DNA of 64,000 nucleotides from contig JANJGN010000018.1 in NCBI GenBank assembly GCA_026770705.1, positions 51,522,001-51,586,000 on the forward strand, written 5' to 3'. The stretch comes from Isurus oxyrinchus (taxonomy: Eukaryota). The first letter of the stretch is position 1; each line of letters begins with the position of its first letter. Position numbers and translations under genes: made by a program. Of the stretch, positions 25,721-38,049 are shown one piece after another. The notes under the pieces were generated by a model. That model had not been told where the DNA came from. It did not search any database and worked only from the letters and a program-made list of their open reading frames with translations.

Positions 25721-26849
25721 CAACGTTTAAACCAAGGCACCTCACCGACCAGAAACTGTTATGTGCATGATGGGTCAAATCATACCAATAGTGTGCAATT
25801 GTAGGGAGCCTCCACAAGTGTCATAACAGGGTGATTTTGATAACGGCGGTGACAGTGTAAAAGATGCAAATGCAAACCCACTACTGCTTGTGAGATTCCA
25901 GCAACAGCTATTATGATCTTTGAACGGAATTAGACCCTGAGTGCTTCTGGTTGCCATCTCCATTCTAGTACCCTCAGAGGGAAGAGTGGGAAGTACAAAG
26001 AAAATCAGCAAGGAAGCTCGAATATGTGGAGGAGGGGAAGGACATCGAACCACAACAATATATGGCCGTTGTGATCCAAAGGGATCATTACAAACACCCA
26101 GTCGCGACATCCCATGGTGCATGATTATTCGGCTCCAGTTGCTCCCCTGTTGCACATGTGACGATCCTAAGCACATCAATCCGAGACTCATTAGCCTTCA
26201 GGGGGAGATCTCTGTAAATTCCCTACGTCACTGGCAAGTGGGACCCTTGTTGCTTAAGGCCACAGCAACCAGTGAGGGGAAGGTGCCAGCACAACAAGCG
26301 TTGAAGATTTGAAACCCACAACTCCCGGTCCGTTGGGCAAAAATTATATTTCTCGACTGGAGGAAAAGGGGAAGGGAGACTCCCAAATGACAGTCACGAG
26401 TGTTGTGGGTAGGAGGGCAATATTAAATAATTGCTCTAAAAAGACAGTTGTGAGTCGAACTGATGTAGATGTGGAATGGGGAAAACTGTTTTGTACACAG
26501 TGCTCCCCATGTACAAAAGAGAGGTGTAGGCCTGAGATAATATTCTGGGGAGGGGAAAATGCCCCCAAGGCTGCAAATAATAAGAGTCAGAGATATGGAG
26601 ACTACTGGATTATCAAAGGGTGGGAATTCTTGGTGACACCAATAAGACATTTTGTTGGAAGCAATTCGCAGTTGAAGGGGTAGGCATCTATGTGTGTGAG
26701 GAACTGTGCTGCTCAAGTAGCATGATGAGCACAGTGTGGGGCATCCAGGTGACACTGCCTAGGAAGCCTTTCCTCACACAAGTAGTAATGTGAGATGCCC
26801 CAAACCATACCCCAGGGCCAAAGAATGGACTGGTTGTTATACCCACACG

Positions 26850-28866
26850 AATGGTACAATATCACATATGCACCACGAGGTAGTGCCAGTGACGATGAAT
26901 TCAGTGGATATGGGACTACCCCCCAGGCATAAACATAAAACCTGAGCATTATACAAATGAATGCTGCACCCAGTTTTGAGGGAATTCTGGGAACGAACCA
27001 TCATTGCAATTGATGAGGATGAGTGCGCTAGTCTGTATGAGGGTTCATGGAATCAAACAAAATCTCACTCGTAGGCAGGTATAACATAGCTCGATTAACG
27101 ATATTTAATGAACCATATTTAACACCGGGACACAACCTGTAAATAGTTTTTAATTCAGCTACTTTAGGCAAAGTGGTAATTAGAAATAGGTTAGAAGTAG
27201 GTTCAAGGAAAATATTATATTGGATAAATAATGTGGAACAGAATGAATTAGATGAAGAACAAATTATGACCATGCATTTGCAAGATGCAGTGGTGGGAAT
27301 TGGAAAGGCATGACTACCGCATGAATGAAATTCTAAGGAAGGATAAAAATGCCTCTGTGGAAACTGCTGAAAATTATGTTTGCACAACATCTGGTTCTTG
27401 GTTAGTGGAACAGGCCCATGAAAACCTCCAAAGGGTTGTAAAAGGGAAATTGCCTTTCCGGGTCACTGATAAACATCTTAGGGCTGTTTCCACTTACCAA
27501 GTTACCACTGATACCTGTAAAATCAGAGGACTGGTGCAGGTATACCCAGTGAAACGTGATTTTTTATTATTCATTCATGGGATGTGGGTGCACTGGCTGG
27601 GCTAGCATTTATTGCCCATCCCTAATTGCCCTTCAGAAGATGGTGGTGAGCTGCCTTCTTGAAACACTGTAGTCCACAGTGCTTTTGGGGAGGAAGTTCC
27701 AGGATTTTTACCCAGTGACAGTGAAGGCATAGCAATATATTTCCAATTCAGGATGGTGAGTGGCTTGAAGGGGAACTTCCAGGTAGTGGTATTCCCATAC
27801 ATATGCTGCCCTCATCCTTCAAGACGGTAGCGGTTGTGGGTTTGGCTGTCTAAAGAACCTTATTGATTTCTTGCAGTGCATCTTGTAGATAGTACACACT
27901 GCTGCCACTGTGCATCAGTGGAGGAGTGTTTGTGGATGGGGTGCCAATCAAGCAGATTGCTTTGTCCTGGACAATGTCAAGCTTCTTGAGATTTTTGGGA
28001 GCAGCACTCATCCAGTCAGGTGGAGAGTGTTCCATCACACTCCTGACTTGTGCCTTGGAGATGATGGACAGGCTTTGGGGAGTCAGGGGGTGAGTTACTT
28101 GCTGCAGGATTCATAGCCTCTGACCTGCTCTTGTAGCCACAGTGTTTTGTGGCTAGTCCAGTTCAGTTTCTGGTCAATGGTAGTCCCCAGGGTGTCAATA
28201 GTGGGAGATTCAGTGATGGTAATGTCACTGAATGTCAAGAGGTGATGGTTAGATTTTCTCTTGTTGGAGATGGTCATTGCCTGGCACTTGTGTGGCGTGA
28301 ATATTGCTTGCCACTTGTCAACCCAAGCCTACACTGGATGAGTGCAATCAAGGGAACAGTGGCATGGACATGCTAGGGTTGGTTCTCTATTACCCTGTTT
28401 TAAAGGAAGGGGAGAAACCTATCCTCATTTTAGAGTTGAAAATGTTGGGGTAGAAAGTCAGGGTCACATACCACATTATGACCAACACCCTAGGTATGTG
28501 GCACAAGTGGACGAGATTACTTGGGTAGCCCCAGATTTGTGTGGGTGCACTCGGAGAGGGGATGCTTTTGTTTGCCCATATAATATAACTGAAAAGGCAG
28601 CACCAACCTGTGGGTTCACTTGGAATAAGGAAGGGTCCAACATGGTGACCCAGGGAGCAGAGTTCCCTGCCCATGTGGCATATAAAGGGAAAAGGCAATG
28701 TTCTATTACAACCATACAACGGGAATACCAGTACGAGGATCTGATCTGCCCTATCCAGGATGGAATGTTTTGTTTTACCCAAGCTTCACCTGTCAGATTG
28801 GGTATGCATATATTCTTGAATGTTTGTGCTTATGGACAAGTGAATATTACCAAAGGGACGGGATAA
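26850..28866 (+). pseudogene. env / class I fusion glycoprotein remnant, split by a LINE and lacking a TM anchor
   Basis: Decayed furin site RRQV*H (27070-27087), heptad region, then RVENVG..HPRYVA..DLCGCTRRGDAFVC..PTCG. Confidence 0.65.
27558..28328 (-). mobile_element. CR1/L2-superfamily LINE 3' fragment inserted into env
   Basis: Begins with a T-rich tail on + and carries MEHSP..W and IDQKLNWTSH motifs. env-like sequence resumes after it. Confidence 0.8.
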
Positions 28867-29218
28867 GGTGAATGGATTAGATTCACAAGTGCAGCAATGT
28901 TCGTATGTGAAATTAAACACTTAAGGGTGGATGCTATAAGACATTTTGATATTTTGTGTATTCCTGTTATGCTGTAAGGCATTTTTATTATGTCTTGTAT
29001 TTCTGTTTGTGCGTAAAATGTAACCAGTTGTGGTGTGGAGCTCAAAACCGAGTGGTGAGAACATGGAGCGCGGAGGACATTGGGACGAAGGGAGAAAAAT
29101 TCTCATCCAAGACATCAATGCTGATGCTTATATGGAACTTTTTAAAAATAAAGACTGAACAAGGATATAGACAAGTCAGGACATATCACTGGGGCGGTGG
29201 CTCACCAACAGACAGTAT

Positions 29219-29373
29219 GGGCGGGATTTTCCCACCCCCACCCATCATCAGGATTGCCAGGTCCCACCCATCATCAGGATTGCCAGGTCCCACCGAAAGT
29301 TAATGGACTTTTGGCTGAGCCGCTGCATCCCCCATGGTGAGACCCGCCATGGCGGGGCTGGAAAATCCCAGTC
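29219..29373. mobile_element. Short Harbinger-type MITE inside the 3' LTR (related copies at ~9438-9557 and ~49163-49292)
   Basis: GGGCGGGATTTTCC/GGAAAATCCCAGTC, TSD TAT, internal ~26-bp tandem duplication. Confidence 0.7.
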
Positions 29374-29445
29374 TATGTCAACCGAAACTGACCAAGACAA
29401 TGGCCTCTTGGGTACGTGTGAATGGCTTTCTCCCTGCCTTACCAA

Positions 29446-30510
29446 GGGGAGGTGATGACATAGTGGTAATGTTGCTGGACTAGCTATCCAGAGAACCAGA
29501 GTAATGCTCTGGGGACACAGGTTCAAATTCAAATTGAAGTTAATAAAAATCTGGAATTAAAAGTTTAATGATGACCATGAAACCACTGTCAATTGTAGTA
29601 AAAACCCATCAAGGAAGGAAACCTGCCATCCTTACCTGATTTGGCCTACATGTGACTCCAGACCCACAGCAATGTGGTTGACTCTTAAATGCACCCTGAA
29701 ATGGCCTAGCAAGCCACTCAGTTGTATCGATCTAGGCACCGGAAACAACAACGGCATTTTCAGCCCTGTCGATCCTGCAAAGTCCTCCTTACTAACATCT
29801 GGAGGCTAGTGCCAAAATTGGGAGAGCTGTCTCACAGACTAGTCAAGCAACAGCCTGACACAGTCATACTCCCGGAATCATATCTTACAAACAATGTCCC
29901 AGACACCATCATCACCATCCCTGGGTATGTCCTGTTCCACCAGCAGGTCAGAGGTGGCAGCACAGCAGTATACAGTCGGGATGAAGTTGCCCTGGGAGTC
30001 CTCAACATCAACTCTGGAACCAATGAAGTCTCATGGCATCAAGTCAAACATGGACAAGGAAACCTCCTGCTGATTACCACGTACTGCTCTCCCTCAGCTG
30101 AAGAATCAGTGCTCCTCCATGTTGAACACCACTTGGAGGAAGCACTGAGGGTGGCAAGGGTGCAGAATGTACTCTGGGTGGGGGACTTCAATGTCCACCA
30201 CCAAGTGTGGCCCAAGAGCACCACTACTGATCGAGCTGACCGAATCCTAACTAACATAGCTGCTAGACTGGGTCTGCGGCAGGTGGTGAGGGAAGCAACA
30301 AGAGGGAAAGCATATTTGACCTCATCCTCATCAACCTGCCTGCCACAGATGCATCTGTCCATGACAGTATCGGTAGGAGTGACCACCGCACAGTCCTTGT
30401 GGAGATCAAATCCTACCTTCCCATTGAGGATACCCTCCATCGTGTTGTGTGGCACTACCACTGTGCAAAATGGGATAGATTTTGAACAGATCGAGCAACT
30501 CAAAATTGGG
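29446..30510 (+). mobile_element. LINE 5' end: tRNA-derived head followed by an AP-endonuclease domain
   Basis: A/B-box-like head (TAGTGG...GGTTCAAAT), then ORF 29722-30564 with ESYL, GG.AVY and VGDFNVHH motifs. Confidence 0.8.
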
Positions 30511-31390
30511 CATCAACAGCAGCATAAATGTACTTGTCAAAAAATGACAGCTTTCTATGAGTAAAAAACAAAATTAAATAACTTTGATTACCACTGCATT
30601 GATTATGAGAAAGCATTGAAGCAGCCCAATTTTTGTTTTGTTTTGTTACTTATTTGAAGACTTCTTGTGATAAGAGGGACACCCACATTTTGAGGAATTC
30701 TTTGGGAAAAACCCAGCTTCATAAGCAAGATGATGTCACATACTCACACAAAAAATTAAAAGTCCTAATATTGTTCACGCACCAGTGTACCCGCTGTTTA
30801 GATATCACTATGAAGATTTAAATTGTCAACACTTAGAGGGCCTTAGGTCAGAACAATTGTTTCCTTACAAAGAATATTCACCCTTTGTTTTGAACATTAT
30901 TTGTGGATATCTGTCAATTAAACAGAGAGAATTCAAGAGAACAAATTAAAAAAAAATCACTGATAAAGAGATTCAAGAATTTCAAGCACAAATGTATAAA
31001 CATCATACTCTGATGTTGACACATTTGGCCATTAGAGACCTTACTGACTCCAATATCATAACATCCTTTTCCCATTTGGAACATCTAAGAATTCTTTCGA
31101 ATCAAGAGGGGCTTGTTGTGGAATTCACTTAGTCCATGAAAGGGTTAAAAATTTAGCTAAAAAAAAAATACAGCTAAAAGTCTTCTGTGAGAAATACACA
31201 TTACTTTCACAGAAACAGGCCAGAATTTTGCCCTTGATGGGCAGGCGGGCCCGACCGACTTGCTGGCGGGCGGGCAGCTGATTGCCGCCGCCAAAATGGG
31301 CCACGCCGCTATTTTCCAAGGGCGGGCCAATTAAGGGGAACTGGCAGTCTGTAAAAAGAGTGGCCAGGCAGCCTACTTGAGGCATGCACC

Positions 31391-34285
31391 ATGGCCACTC
31401 ATGGACAGAGGGAGGGAGGACTGAGTGGAGGACAGCATGAGCAGGAGAAGGGGGTCAGGCTGCAGGAGAGGCCAGCGGGGGGCCACTGTGACCCTTGCTT
31501 CTCCAATGCATGCCTTGCTGTCCTCCTCCAAGTGGTTTCCAGCTGTCGGGAGGTATTGTATCCGGATGATGGGAGGAGGAGTGCTCCCCATGTCACCAGG
31601 CAGGCATGGGAGGAGGTTGGTGATGCTGTTAGCGCCCATGACGATGTGCAGCGCACAGCAACACAGTGCCGCAAGCACTTCAATGATTTGCTGTGCTCTA
31701 GAAGGGTGAATACCATGTCAGCCTTGGCCATTTGACCCAGCTGGTAGCCTTAGCCTTTGAGCCCACACTACCGCCCCCCCCCCCCCCCCCCCCCCCCACC
31801 AGCCCCCCACCACCCCTCCCACCCCACCTCAGCCCCCACGTTTTACTGTCGTTACTGCATTGGGCATTTGGTGCACGCTGGGGTGGGCAAACAGATAGTG
31901 ACCATGCTTACATCAGCCTTAGCGGTTGAGGAGAAGATGGGTTCTCCTCGCAGCATATGTTAGTGTTTGTTGCATTTGAGTAGTCTGGGGGCAACCTGCA
32001 GGGGAGGCAGCTAGACACATACTCAGAACTCCAATACATGTCTTATTGATGGTGATGAGATGGTGGAAGGGGAGCCTCAAGGTGTTGTGGCCAAGAGCCA
32101 TCTGCTGGCATCAGCGCCACACCTAGTTGCACCTCCTTGCCATGGGCGCTAAGACCTGTGTGTTATTCAAAGTGATGGACACCAAATGTGTCCAAGGTGG
32201 CCATTGGGGGAGGGGATTGGGAGCAGCCATACTACCTTCTGGTGCCTGATGACCGCTGGAGGCCTCAGATGGGCCAATGTGGTTGGGGTGTGAGTTGTGC
32301 GTGCAGAGTACATGAGCGATCAGCCCCATAAATCCTCTTCTCTGTTCTGCAGGCAAAAACTGAACACAACCTCAGGGGGTGCCAGAGGATTGGTGGTGGG
32401 CACACCGTGCTGCAGCACGTCACCACCTACGAGGAGCAGGTCATGGAGCTGGGAAGGAGGCAGGCAGCCAGGGCGGCAGGTGTCGGCAAGGCTGGGGTCC
32501 AGCGGCCAGGTATTTGAGGGCCACAGTCCCATCCACTCTGTCTGCCCACCATCCAAACCACTGATGGCTGCTGCAATTTTTAATGCTGAAACAATGCTCT
32601 TGCACAGACTGAGACACTCTGACGTGTGGGTCATACACAAAGGTCCCTCGTCCCCTTGAGGAAAGCATCTCCACCACCTTCCAAAGTCACCTTATCCCAT
32701 TTGTGACCACGATCAGCATGGCCTAACATGCCAATGGTATCGCTGCTGCACATCCAAAGAGTTATTGCATCTTAGGGGGTTTGGGACCTCCAGCACCCTT
32801 TCAGCCAGTGTGCCTCACAATACTCTGTCCAAAAGGTCCTCAGCACTTCAGCTGTGAACCTCATGGCACTCAAGTTAAATAAATGCCACCACGTTACTTA
32901 TCCCTGCGCCAAGGGGAAATGTTGCCTTCTGTCCACCCAGTCTATGCCCCTCATAACGGTATGAAGGTCAATAATGTGACCTGTCAATCTCCTGTGCTCC
33001 ATGGCAAATGTCGCAAGTGTTTGCGATGTTTCCTCATAACTCCAACTCTCCAGGCCAGCATGTATCCAGGTCAGGAACCTCTGCACTCTCTCCACTCCAA
33101 TGGCACATAACATTCCATGTGGCATTTCTGAGGCCATCTGACCAGCTTGTCTGTATGCGCGTCTAATGTTTGGGCCTCCTCTTGACTCTTTTCCATCCCA
33201 TCAATGTTCGTCTACTTAGGTTATTGAAGGGTGAGCGACTTATGAGGCTGGGAGGAGAAAGGGATAAAAGGTGTTAATGACTGAACGCTAACTGATGCAC
33301 TGTCCTTGTTGTTAATTTCAGTATCACCATCGCATGGCCGCGGCCAACAAGACCGGAGCCCCCCCTCCACACCTGAGGGCCAAGACGTGCAACTTGCGGC
33401 ACATCATTTCAGCCATTAAGGCACAGCGCAGCCACAAACACTTCTGTGGGGAATGTAACGTCAGCTCATGTCCCAGGTCACTGTGGAGAGGGCACTTCAG
33501 AATTGCTGGAGGAGATGGCAGGAACAGAGAGTGCCAATGGCGCCAGCAGCCAGAGGGCTGCAGGGGACCAGGCACATGCTGAGTCTGGCAATGATGATGT
33601 GCCTCTGGAGATGTCATCAATGCAGCAGCTGCAGGGCAAGCGGCAGGAATCGTGTTTATATCTGGCAGGGTTGCATGAGGGTATGCTTCAGTAGGTCTCT
33701 GTGGTGGATGAGTCCAAGCAGAGTGCACGTGAAGGCATGAACCTCAGGGCAGAGCTTCAGGTTTCCTCCACTGAGAGATTGGCGGCTCTCATGGAGAGGG
33801 GGTTCGATCAGATGGAGAATCTTCTGTTTGGGTTACGTTCTGACCTGCAAGCCCCCACAGCGGTAATGGCCACGGCTGGTCATTCCCAATGTGGGAGATG
33901 TTGTGGGCACCAAGTGTCGGTGCTCGGTGCACATGCATCTGTGTTGAGCAGGGAGGTCCAATATGACCTCACGTCGGCGCAGCAGTTGCCTGTTGTTGCT
34001 GCAAGCTCCTCTCAGGGCGCTCCGGATGAGGGCAGCAGCTCCTTCGCCCCTCTGCCAGTCAACGGTGCTTCCGTTGAGGCTGCGACAACTGGAGCGGTGC
34101 CAGTTCTGGAACTGGCCACTCCCTCCCACACGGGGCCATCCCAGACTCCATGGGCTAGAGGATGCCCACCAAGGTCATCGAGGCCAACAGGACAGCAGAG
34201 TCAGCAGGCTGTCTCACAAGCCACTCCGAGCGATGGGGCGGCACCTAGACGTAGCACCCGAAAACGTAAGCATAAGGCACGTTAG
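31391..34285 (+). pseudogene. Harbinger Myb/SANT-like DNA-binding protein (spliced, disrupted)
   Basis: FSNACLAVLL..V...REVLYP..AWEEV..AVS..RTATQCRKHFNDL. Donor at 31706, acceptors near 32352 and 33321. C-terminal basic RRSTRKRKHKAR. Confidence 0.75.
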
Positions 34286-34573
34286 GCACTCCATGGCTAT
34301 GTCACTGGTGATTTTGTGTTGGCCTTAGAATAGGCAACAATATACTTATGTTTGAAATGGAGAAGTTTCTGTTATATTTTCTGACCATGGCTGAGGGTAT
34401 TTCCTTTGTGCTGCATTTTTCTTTTCCACAGGCATATCATGAATGTTTGAGTGGACATTAATGTTTCTGCACTAAGCCCTTAGTTGCAGTTAATGAGGTG
34501 GAAGATGTAGCACCTAAATGCCATATGTGGAAGCGCCAGGCAATGCTGCTCCTGCTGATCCATGTGTGTGGAG

Positions 34574-35790
34574 CTAGCTGAAGGTTGTTTGGATTAAATT
34601 GTCCCGGGTATTCCTGCCTCCTTGGTGTAGTAGCAGGTCGGCGTGCTGCCCCTCATCATTTCCCTGTGCTTCCTCATCCTCTGAGCCACTGCTGGATACA
34701 TCATGTGCAGCCTCATCCACTGTGTCAAGGTCTTCATCGTCAACTGCATCCCCCCTTTCCAGCGCAAGATTGTGCAGAGTGCAGCATGCTACCACTAACA
34801 GAGAGACGTGATCTGGGGGGTACTGCAGTGCGCCCCCTAAGCAGTCCAGGCAACAGAAGTGCATCTTGAGAAGACCGATTGCTCTCTCCACCACAGCCCT
34901 TGAGGTGCCCTGGGCTCCTATTGTAGTGTTCCTCAGCTTCTGTTCTTGGATAACAGAGAAGCGTCATGAACCACCTTCTGAGGGGATAGCTCTTGTCACT
35001 CAGCAGCCAACCATCCAGCCAGGCTGGAGCACTGAAGAGCCCCGGCACCTGGGAGTGTCTGAGGATGTAGGCGTCATGGGAGCTGCCTCAGTACCTTGGA
35101 CAGACTTGCAGAATCAATATCCTGTAATCACTCACTATCTGCACGTTCATGGAGTGGAAGCCCTTCCTGTTGACAAAGGCACCGGGCTCACCTGCTGGCG
35201 CCTTGATGGCCACATGTGTGCAGTTTATTGCACCCTAGACAAGGGGGAAGCCAGCAATGGCTGCGAAGCCTCTGGCTCGCTGTGCCTGACTTGCCTGGTC
35301 ACAGCGGAAGTGGATGAAGGTCAATACCCATCTGAACAGAGCGTCTGTAACCTGCTTGACACAAGTGTGGACAGCTGATTGGGAGACACCGCAAAGATCA
35401 CCCACCGAGCCCTGGAAGGAGCCAGAGGCACAGAAGTGGAGGGAAACAGTGAGCTTCAGAGCCACTGGCATGGGGTGTCCACCCACACAGTTAGGGGAAA
35501 TCTCAGGGCCTATCATCTGACAGATATAGTTGACTGTCTCCCTTGAGAGTCGGAGCTTCCTTCGGTACTGCACCTCAGTCATATTGAGGTAGCTGCTTCA
35601 CCGCCTGAATACCCTGGCAGCAGGATAGTGGAGTCTTCTGTGGCCTTTTCCACCTTGAATAACCTCTTGGCCCTGCGCCTGTCCTCCCTGGAGGCTGATT
35701 GTCCAGTCCTGGCCTCCTCCTTATTCTATCCCTCCCTTCCTCCTCAAGGGAGATGCCTCTAATGGAGATGTCAGAACCTATACCCCCAAG
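34574..35790 (-). pseudogene. Harbinger (HARBI1-like) DDE transposase, disrupted
   Basis: [60 protein letters not shown]. Confidence 0.88.
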
Positions 35791-38049
35791 CTAAATGGAG
35801 GCCTCCGGAAAGCTACAGGCCCGATAAAGATTATTGTCTGCAGACTGGTTTCAAAGTGCACAAAATGTTCTTGCAAATCGATATGAACTACAAACAATCA
35901 CACAGGCAAGTTTAAAACACTTTCTGCAATTAAAACTTCGTGGAAAACACGAGCAACCCCTCTGAGTCTACATATCCCACCAATGCATGACTTTTATTTA
36001 AAAAATCTACCTGCCTGCCCGTTGGGCCCATGCACGACCCGAAGTTTGCCTGGGCCCCTCAAAATCCTGGACAATTGGCAAGTTAAGGGCCTTAACGGGA
36101 CCTTTAATTAATGGCGGGCACGCGTCCCATTGCTGTGCGTGCCCGCTTACTGAAATATAGCAATGCCACACGCTGATGTCGGCATGCTCGTGCGATGTCG
36201 GTGTGCGACATTTTAAGTGCTGATGTGTGGGCTACACCATCAGCACGTCAGCCAGAAAATTCTGCCCAGAGAGACAGACAGAAGCCTTGAAAGTAAGGCC
36301 TTTCCAAACAGCTCACCAAGCTTAAACTGACGACATGACACCTGTTTACTGAAAAAAATAAGTTGTTTTGATTCTAAAGAATTGCTCAAGACAAAGAGGT
36401 CTAACTGTAAAACAGACAATAGTCATGTTATTCATATGCAATAGATTTTCTTTATATTACAAACATAGGAAAACAAGTAGTCAAATCTACAAATTCCAAG
36501 AGGAAGTCACATCTCTGCAGTTAGGCGGTTGAAATCTTATTAGATCTCCCCGTAAACTGAGACAAAAATAGCTGAAACTACGCTTTATTCTTTGGATTGT
36601 AAGTATAAACCTAGTTAGTTTTTGGTTGTACATCCTGACAATTTTATTACCCAAGTGGATTTGAAGTTAGTATTTTTTACACTTTGTAGTTTTCAAAACA
36701 ATATTATAATGTAATCCAAGATTTAAGCTTAAAATAAAGTATTAGACAGTAACTATTAAAAAGGTTGTAATCTCAATCTGTAAACCTCACTAACCTAACT
36801 CTTCTAGAATGCTGAATGATAAGACTCTTAGTCTAATAGAGGAGACACTTTGAGAGAGACAGATCTGTTGTACTGTACTGTGTATGTTTCTTCCTGAGGT
36901 AATTTTGTTTAGTTTGAAAACTTTAGTTTGAAAAAGAAAGGCCATTTATTTTAAGACCAAATTGCTATCTGGCATAGCTGATTAAGCTCTTATGATATTT
37001 TAGAATTTCTTTTTAGTTGAGGTTTTAATTTAGCAATAAGTTCAAAAGGAAGATTTACCATTGCTGGGGGAGGCGGAGGGGAAAAATTACACAACTCTAA
37101 TAGCAATACATCAATATCTCTTGGGGGTTCCTTATGCACTGTCTTAACAAGTCCCTCAGAATTTCATTAAACTCCCACTCACATACAGACATCATGTACA
37201 TCAGTCATTATGAAGAAGATTGAAATCTCTCAGGATAACAAGTCAGTCATCTGTCTTATTGTCACTTACAAAACGACATTAACCTCTCCTGGGTTATTTA
37301 GTGGCCGCCACATATTCCTATTACTAACATTTTCCCTTTACTGATTTTTTTTTTACATTTTATCCAGAGACCCAGTTCCAATTTTGCCAATCTTCCATTT
37401 TAACTATTTTCTCTCTAATAAATGTTGCCACCAAACCTCTTGCCTTATCTTCCTGGGTCTTTTTAAAAAAGAAATACCACAAGGTAATTCTCCAATTATC
37501 ATGAAATTTCAACTAGATTCCGTCTATCTTACAACATTTATTTCTTCTCTACGTACCAGTGCTGCTAGCTCATCCATTTTACTTCTTATATTCCTTGCAT
37601 TCATATAAGTACAATCCAGGTTATCCTTTAATAGCCTTACCCTCTTTTCTCTACTTACATATATGTTCTGCTTTCCCCATCCCTCCTATCAAATGTATTT
37701 AAATCAATCCATTCTGCCTTATTTAAACTTCCTACAAGCATACACATTTGCATCCTGGCATAGTTTTTCCCTGTTTTAGACAATGAAGCTATAAACACTA
37801 AACTTCACAGCATAGAGTTTCCACTCAACTGTGCTGACTTTATTCAGTGTAACTCACTCAAAATCGGTATAAGCTGCACAAGAGATCATGGAATTTTAAG
37901 TGCAAATTTCATCCAATGCAAGCTGAGTTTCCGTCATATTTTGCGCTAATTTAAAAAGCAGCTCAAAGCCAGCCCCATCCACAAAACTGGACATGCACCC
38001 AGAACAAATTAATCACCATTAGGAATTTCCACTATTTGCAGAATTGTGC

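Larger units (their letters stand above)
22130..29444 (+). mobile_element. Decayed endogenous retrovirus-like LTR element with F-type env (foamy/lokiretrovirus-like)
   Basis: Diverged direct repeats at 22130-22454 and 28932-29444. PPT-like AAGGGTGGA before the 3' repeat. Integrase GPY/F remnant and env remnants between the repeats. Confidence 0.7.
31218..36267. mobile_element. Near full-length PIF/Harbinger DNA transposon (defective)
   Basis: TIRs GGCCAGAATTTT/AAAATTCTGCCC. Convergent Myb/SANT ORF (+) and DDE transposase (-). Confidence 0.9.

Noticed and set aside
34574-35790. Domesticated host HARBI1 gene
   Set aside because: Contains stops and frameshifts and is flanked by TIRs with a Myb partner ORF, so it is a transposon copy.
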